Source of the DNA: Armatimonadota bacterium
GTDB taxonomy: Bacteria; Armatimonadota; UBA5829; DTLH01
Reading direction: 5' to 3'
Assembly (NCBI GenBank): GCA_039680575.1
Contig: JBDKSP010000029.1
Span: 1 to 41,399, forward strand
Length of the DNA: 41,399 nt
The translations under genes and the position numbers were made by a program. Shown piece after piece: positions 38,834-41,399 of the stretch. Every line of letters starts with the position of its first letter. The stretch's first letter is position 1. Under the pieces are notes generated by a model. It saw only the letters and a program-made list of their open reading frames with translations, made no database searches and was not told the origin of the DNA.

Positions 38834-38934
38834 GTTATTAAGGCGATTCCTCCTCCTTAATCGAGGATTGTGGAAACTATAAGATTAGTATTGAATAATA
38901 TATCAAATATGTCAATAGGTAAAGAACATAGATA

Positions 38935-40323
38935 TTACAGATGGAAATATTCCATCCAAAGGGCCGTACATGTCTTTTCGGTAATACGCACGAGTTCCGA
39001 TATCGTATATCCTGCGACCCAAATGATTTTTTCATCGTCTGTGATCACTGGAACAAGCCCCCTCTCCCTGCGCGGTGTCTTAGCGTCCGTAAACAGGTCC
39101 TGGAGTTTTTTGTGCCCGGTCATCCCAAGCGGCAGAATGCGGTCTCCTCGCCTCCAAGTCCGCAAAATGAGCTTTCCCTTGATCTTTTTCGGGTTTATGA
39201 CTGCCTGAGAAGGCTTTTCCGGCCGGATATTTGCCGGAACGAACTTTGTTTCAAACAGAACACCAAGTTCAGGGACTTCGGTCCTGCCGCCGATCTCCAA
39301 TTCTTTCTCGATATCGAATTTTGCCGGTTCCACTATCCTGAATATCCTTAATTCGTCACCAGTGAACCGTGCGTAGACTTTTCCAGAGGGTAGAGTCAGA
39401 GCAACATCCTCTTTCGCGATTATACTATCAGCAATACGCTCCGTCTGAATGTATTCAACATCCCTGAGGTCGCCTTTGACCAACTCCACTGCCTTTCGTA
39501 TACACCGGCGAAGCAGAGCAAGAGGCAGATTCCTTAGTCTGGATGCATCCAATACTACCGATTCATACCCTGCCTCTTTTGCGGCAGCAGCGAACTCCAG
39601 CTCTGTTGCAGCTTTTATTGCTTCATTCTCGTCCCGTACGAGCCTGGACAGCGAAAGAAGCGCATCCTTCACTCGCGGGTTGAACTTATCTTCCAGGAAT
39701 GGAATCAGTTGAAGCCGTACGCGGTTTCTGGTGTAATCCAGCGCAAGGTTTGTGACGTCTGTAGCCCAATCTAGCCCGTTTTCGTGCAGATATGCTTCTA
39801 CATCAGCGCGAAATGTGTCTATCAGAGGACGGATTATCCTGCCCCGTACTTCGGGCATACCTGAAACCCCATCAGGCCCTGTCCCTCTGATAATATTCAG
39901 AAGAACTGTCTCCACCTGGTCATCTGCTGTGTGCGCAACTGCAACCCGCGCGGCTCCGGCATCCGAGGCAATGCTTTCAAGAAAGTCATAACGCACTTTG
40001 CGGGCAGCTTCTTCCAGTCCTAGCCGGGCTTTTTTCCTGAACGCGGGTACATCCACTTTTTCCACGACAGAAGCTATTTTCAGCCGGGCTGCAAGTTCCT
40101 GAACGAACAGTGCATCCCTGTCAGCATCTTCGCCGCGTATTCCATGGTTCATATGCGCGGCGATCAGATCGAGATTGAACTCATCCTTCATCGTCCACAG
40201 AACATGCAGCAACGCCACGGAATCCGCGCCGCCTGAAACAGCTACTATGATCCTATCCCCATGCCGGATCATATCGTTCCGGGTTATGGTTTTACGAACG
40301 GTATCTAAAAAGGTATTGCTCAC
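38935..40323 (-). CDS. tilS: tRNA(Ile)-lysidine synthetase
   Basis: VAVSGGADS PP-loop, EEAARKVRY, AHTADDQVET, IRPL, RNRVR, KKLQDLF. Confidence 0.97.
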   Translation of the reverse strand: MSNTFLDTVRKTITRNDMIRHGDRIIVAVSGGADSVALLHVLWTMKDEFNLDLIAAHMNHGIRGEDADRDALFVQELAARLKIASVVEKVDVPAFRKKARLGLEEAARKVRYDFLESIASDAGAARVAVAHTADDQVETVLLNIIRGTGPDGVSGMPEVRGRIIRPLIDTFRADVEAYLHENGLDWATDVTNLALDYTRNRVRLQLIPFLEDKFNPRVKDALLSLSRLVRDENEAIKAATELEFAAAAKEAGYESVVLDASRLRNLPLALLRRCIRKAVELVKGDLRDVEYIQTERIADSIIAKEDVALTLPSGKVYARFTGDELRIFRIVEPAKFDIEKELEIGGRTEVPELGVLFETKFVPANIRPEKPSQAVINPKKIKGKLILRTWRRGDRILPLGMTGHKKLQDLFTDAKTPRRERGLVPVITDDEKIIWVAGYTISELVRITEKTCTALWMEYFHL

Positions 40324-40479
40324 AGTGGTTTATATCTACTCCAAACTTGCAAAGCTTCATATATTTGTTATACACCGGAGAGCAAAGATACTCCCTGGAC
40401 TCATTAAATAATTCCCATATCACCTAGAAATCGACACGACGGAGCCTTTCAGAAGCAGGCGAGTTTTCAGTTTTTCTCA

Positions 40480-40508
40480 TTGACAATAGAGGGTGGACAT
40501 GGTATCTT
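40480..40508 (+). promoter_or_regulatory. Sigma70 promoter of the tRNA pair
   Basis: TTGACA-N17-TATCTT with TG extension. Confidence 0.75.
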
Positions 40509-40541
40509 ATATATCGTTCACAGTGCCATAGGCACGGAGTT

Positions 40542-40616
<75 letters not shown>

Positions 40617-40621
40617 AAAAT

Positions 40622-40697
40622 GGCGACGTACCCAAGTGGCTAAGGGAGCGGTCTGCAAAACCGTTATTCTCGGGTTCGATTCCCGACGTCGCCTCCA
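40622..40697 (+). tRNA. tRNA-Cys (anticodon GCA)
   Basis: GGCGACG/CGTCGCC acceptor, GCGGT-CTGCAAA-ACCGT anticodon arm, TTCGATT T-loop, TCCA end. Confidence 0.97.
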
Positions 40698-40710
40698 GAT
40701 TTTGAGCTCA

Positions 40711-40746
40711 AAAAGCCCTTCAGAGAGTAATCCTGGAGGGCTTTTT
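40711..40746. terminator. Bidirectional intrinsic terminator after the tRNAs
   Basis: AAAAGCCCTTCAG...CTGGAGGGCTTTTT. Confidence 0.8.
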
Positions 40747-40753
40747 CATTGGG

Positions 40754-40776
40754 TTTGCTCACATTTTGCTCACATT
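40754..40776. repeat. 11-bp tandem direct repeat, candidate integrase arm-type sites
   Basis: TTTGCTCACAT twice, about 57 bp downstream of the tRNA-Cys 3' end. Confidence 0.55.
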
Positions 40777-41399
40777 GCATTCCACCTTCACCCACACACT
40801 CTCCGTCCGTGGTTGCATACGTAATGCCGCCCCTTTGCCCTGTATGCCGGTTGCTCTGGTACGGCCAGCTGCGGCGCAGGCCGTTTTAAAATCCGTCCGG
40901 GTCCATCCAGCAGTCTCAAGCGGTTTGTAGATCGGATGGTTATATCCTGAGAGCACTGCTTTCCCCTGGATCGATAGCAGGATCTCCACGAGTTCCTGGT
41001 GGTCCTCCGCGGTCATCTCGTGCCGATATTTACCGGATTTGCGAGTTTCAGGGATATATGGCGGGTCGAGGTAGAAAAGCGTCTCCGGCGTGTCGAATCG
41101 CTTGATTACTCCCCTGAAGTCCGAGTGCTCGACCATAACCCGCATCAGCCTCTCGTGGATCGCTGGAAGCATATTTATCGCCGTCATCCACTTGCTGCAA
41201 GACCCGGCCATTCCCTGAGCCGATTTAGTGACGGTATAACCCCAGGAACTCCCGAATATGCCGGAAAAGCTCGACCGCGCCACGACATACCAGCGGTACG
41301 CCTGGACGATCTCATCGCTAGATTCGTCGAGCAGCTCCCGGCATTGCAGGTATTCCTCCCGAGAGTAGGGAGTGAGGCTGATATAGTGGTAGAGCTTGC
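40759..41399 (-). CDS. D12-class (Dam-like) N6-adenine DNA methyltransferase, 5' end outside the window
   Basis: Frame open to the window edge: LTPYSREEY, FYLDPPY catalytic motif, YRHEM...DH..L, LSGY. Confidence 0.9.
   Translation of the reverse strand, partial: KLYHYISLTPYSREEYLQCRELLDESSDEIVQAYRWYVVARSSFSGIFGSSWGYTVTKSAQGMAGSCSKWMTAINMLPAIHERLMRVMVEHSDFRGVIKRFDTPETLFYLDPPYIPETRKSGKYRHEMTAEDHQELVEILLSIQGKAVLSGYNHPIYKPLETAGWTRTDFKTACAAAGRTRATGIQGKGAALRMQPRTESVWVKVECNVSKM

Noticed and set aside
38935..40323. Causal link between tilS (AUA decoding) and the AUA starts
   Set aside because: TilS acts on elongator tRNA-Ile2 and is near-universal, so co-location carries no information
40759..41399. 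Restriction-modification or defence system
   Set aside because: No nuclease partner within the window; cannot be supported here

Overview
Bacterial chromosomal window made mostly of housekeeping genes. The SSB tail, the GHL10/SpoIID/RsbW content and the secreted hypothetical proteins suggest an Armatimonadota-like diderm; this is an inference, not a database result. Gene content: rpsF-ssb-rpsR behind an S6:S18 leader; three small stress-type genes; a TPP riboswitch with a His-type thi4; PMM/PGM; serS; a Gfo/Idh/MocA oxidoreductase; two orphan RsbW-like anti-sigma kinases; feoB plus a DtxR-FeoA gene with a DtxR-type box; an internally deleted IS4-like remnant; long-form lhr; an M23 lipoprotein; a FabK/FabX-like flavoprotein; gcvT-H-PA-PB with a LipM-like gene; a single-domain response regulator; one GT-C and two GT2 glycosyltransferases; GHL10-TPR plus SpoIID; a pseudo-trypsin-TPR protein; a secreted paralog pair plus a beta-barrel; an S1 protein; tilS; tRNA-Gly(CCC) and tRNA-Cys(GCA); and the probable edge of an integrated element carrying a Dam-like methyltransferase. 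Signals the ORF track misses: (i) two genes that appear to start at AUA (rpsF and the GHL10 hydrolase); (ii) four GTTT-N16-GGGTA SigB/SigF-type promoters, two of them upstream of the rsbW paralogs; (iii) a TA-flanked miniature inverted-repeat family that brackets the feo operon and also sits nested inside a second palindromic repeat with a compensatory base change; (iv) a XerC/D dif-like site; (v) a tRNA-Gly with C at position 55. No CRISPR array or defence operon is visible.
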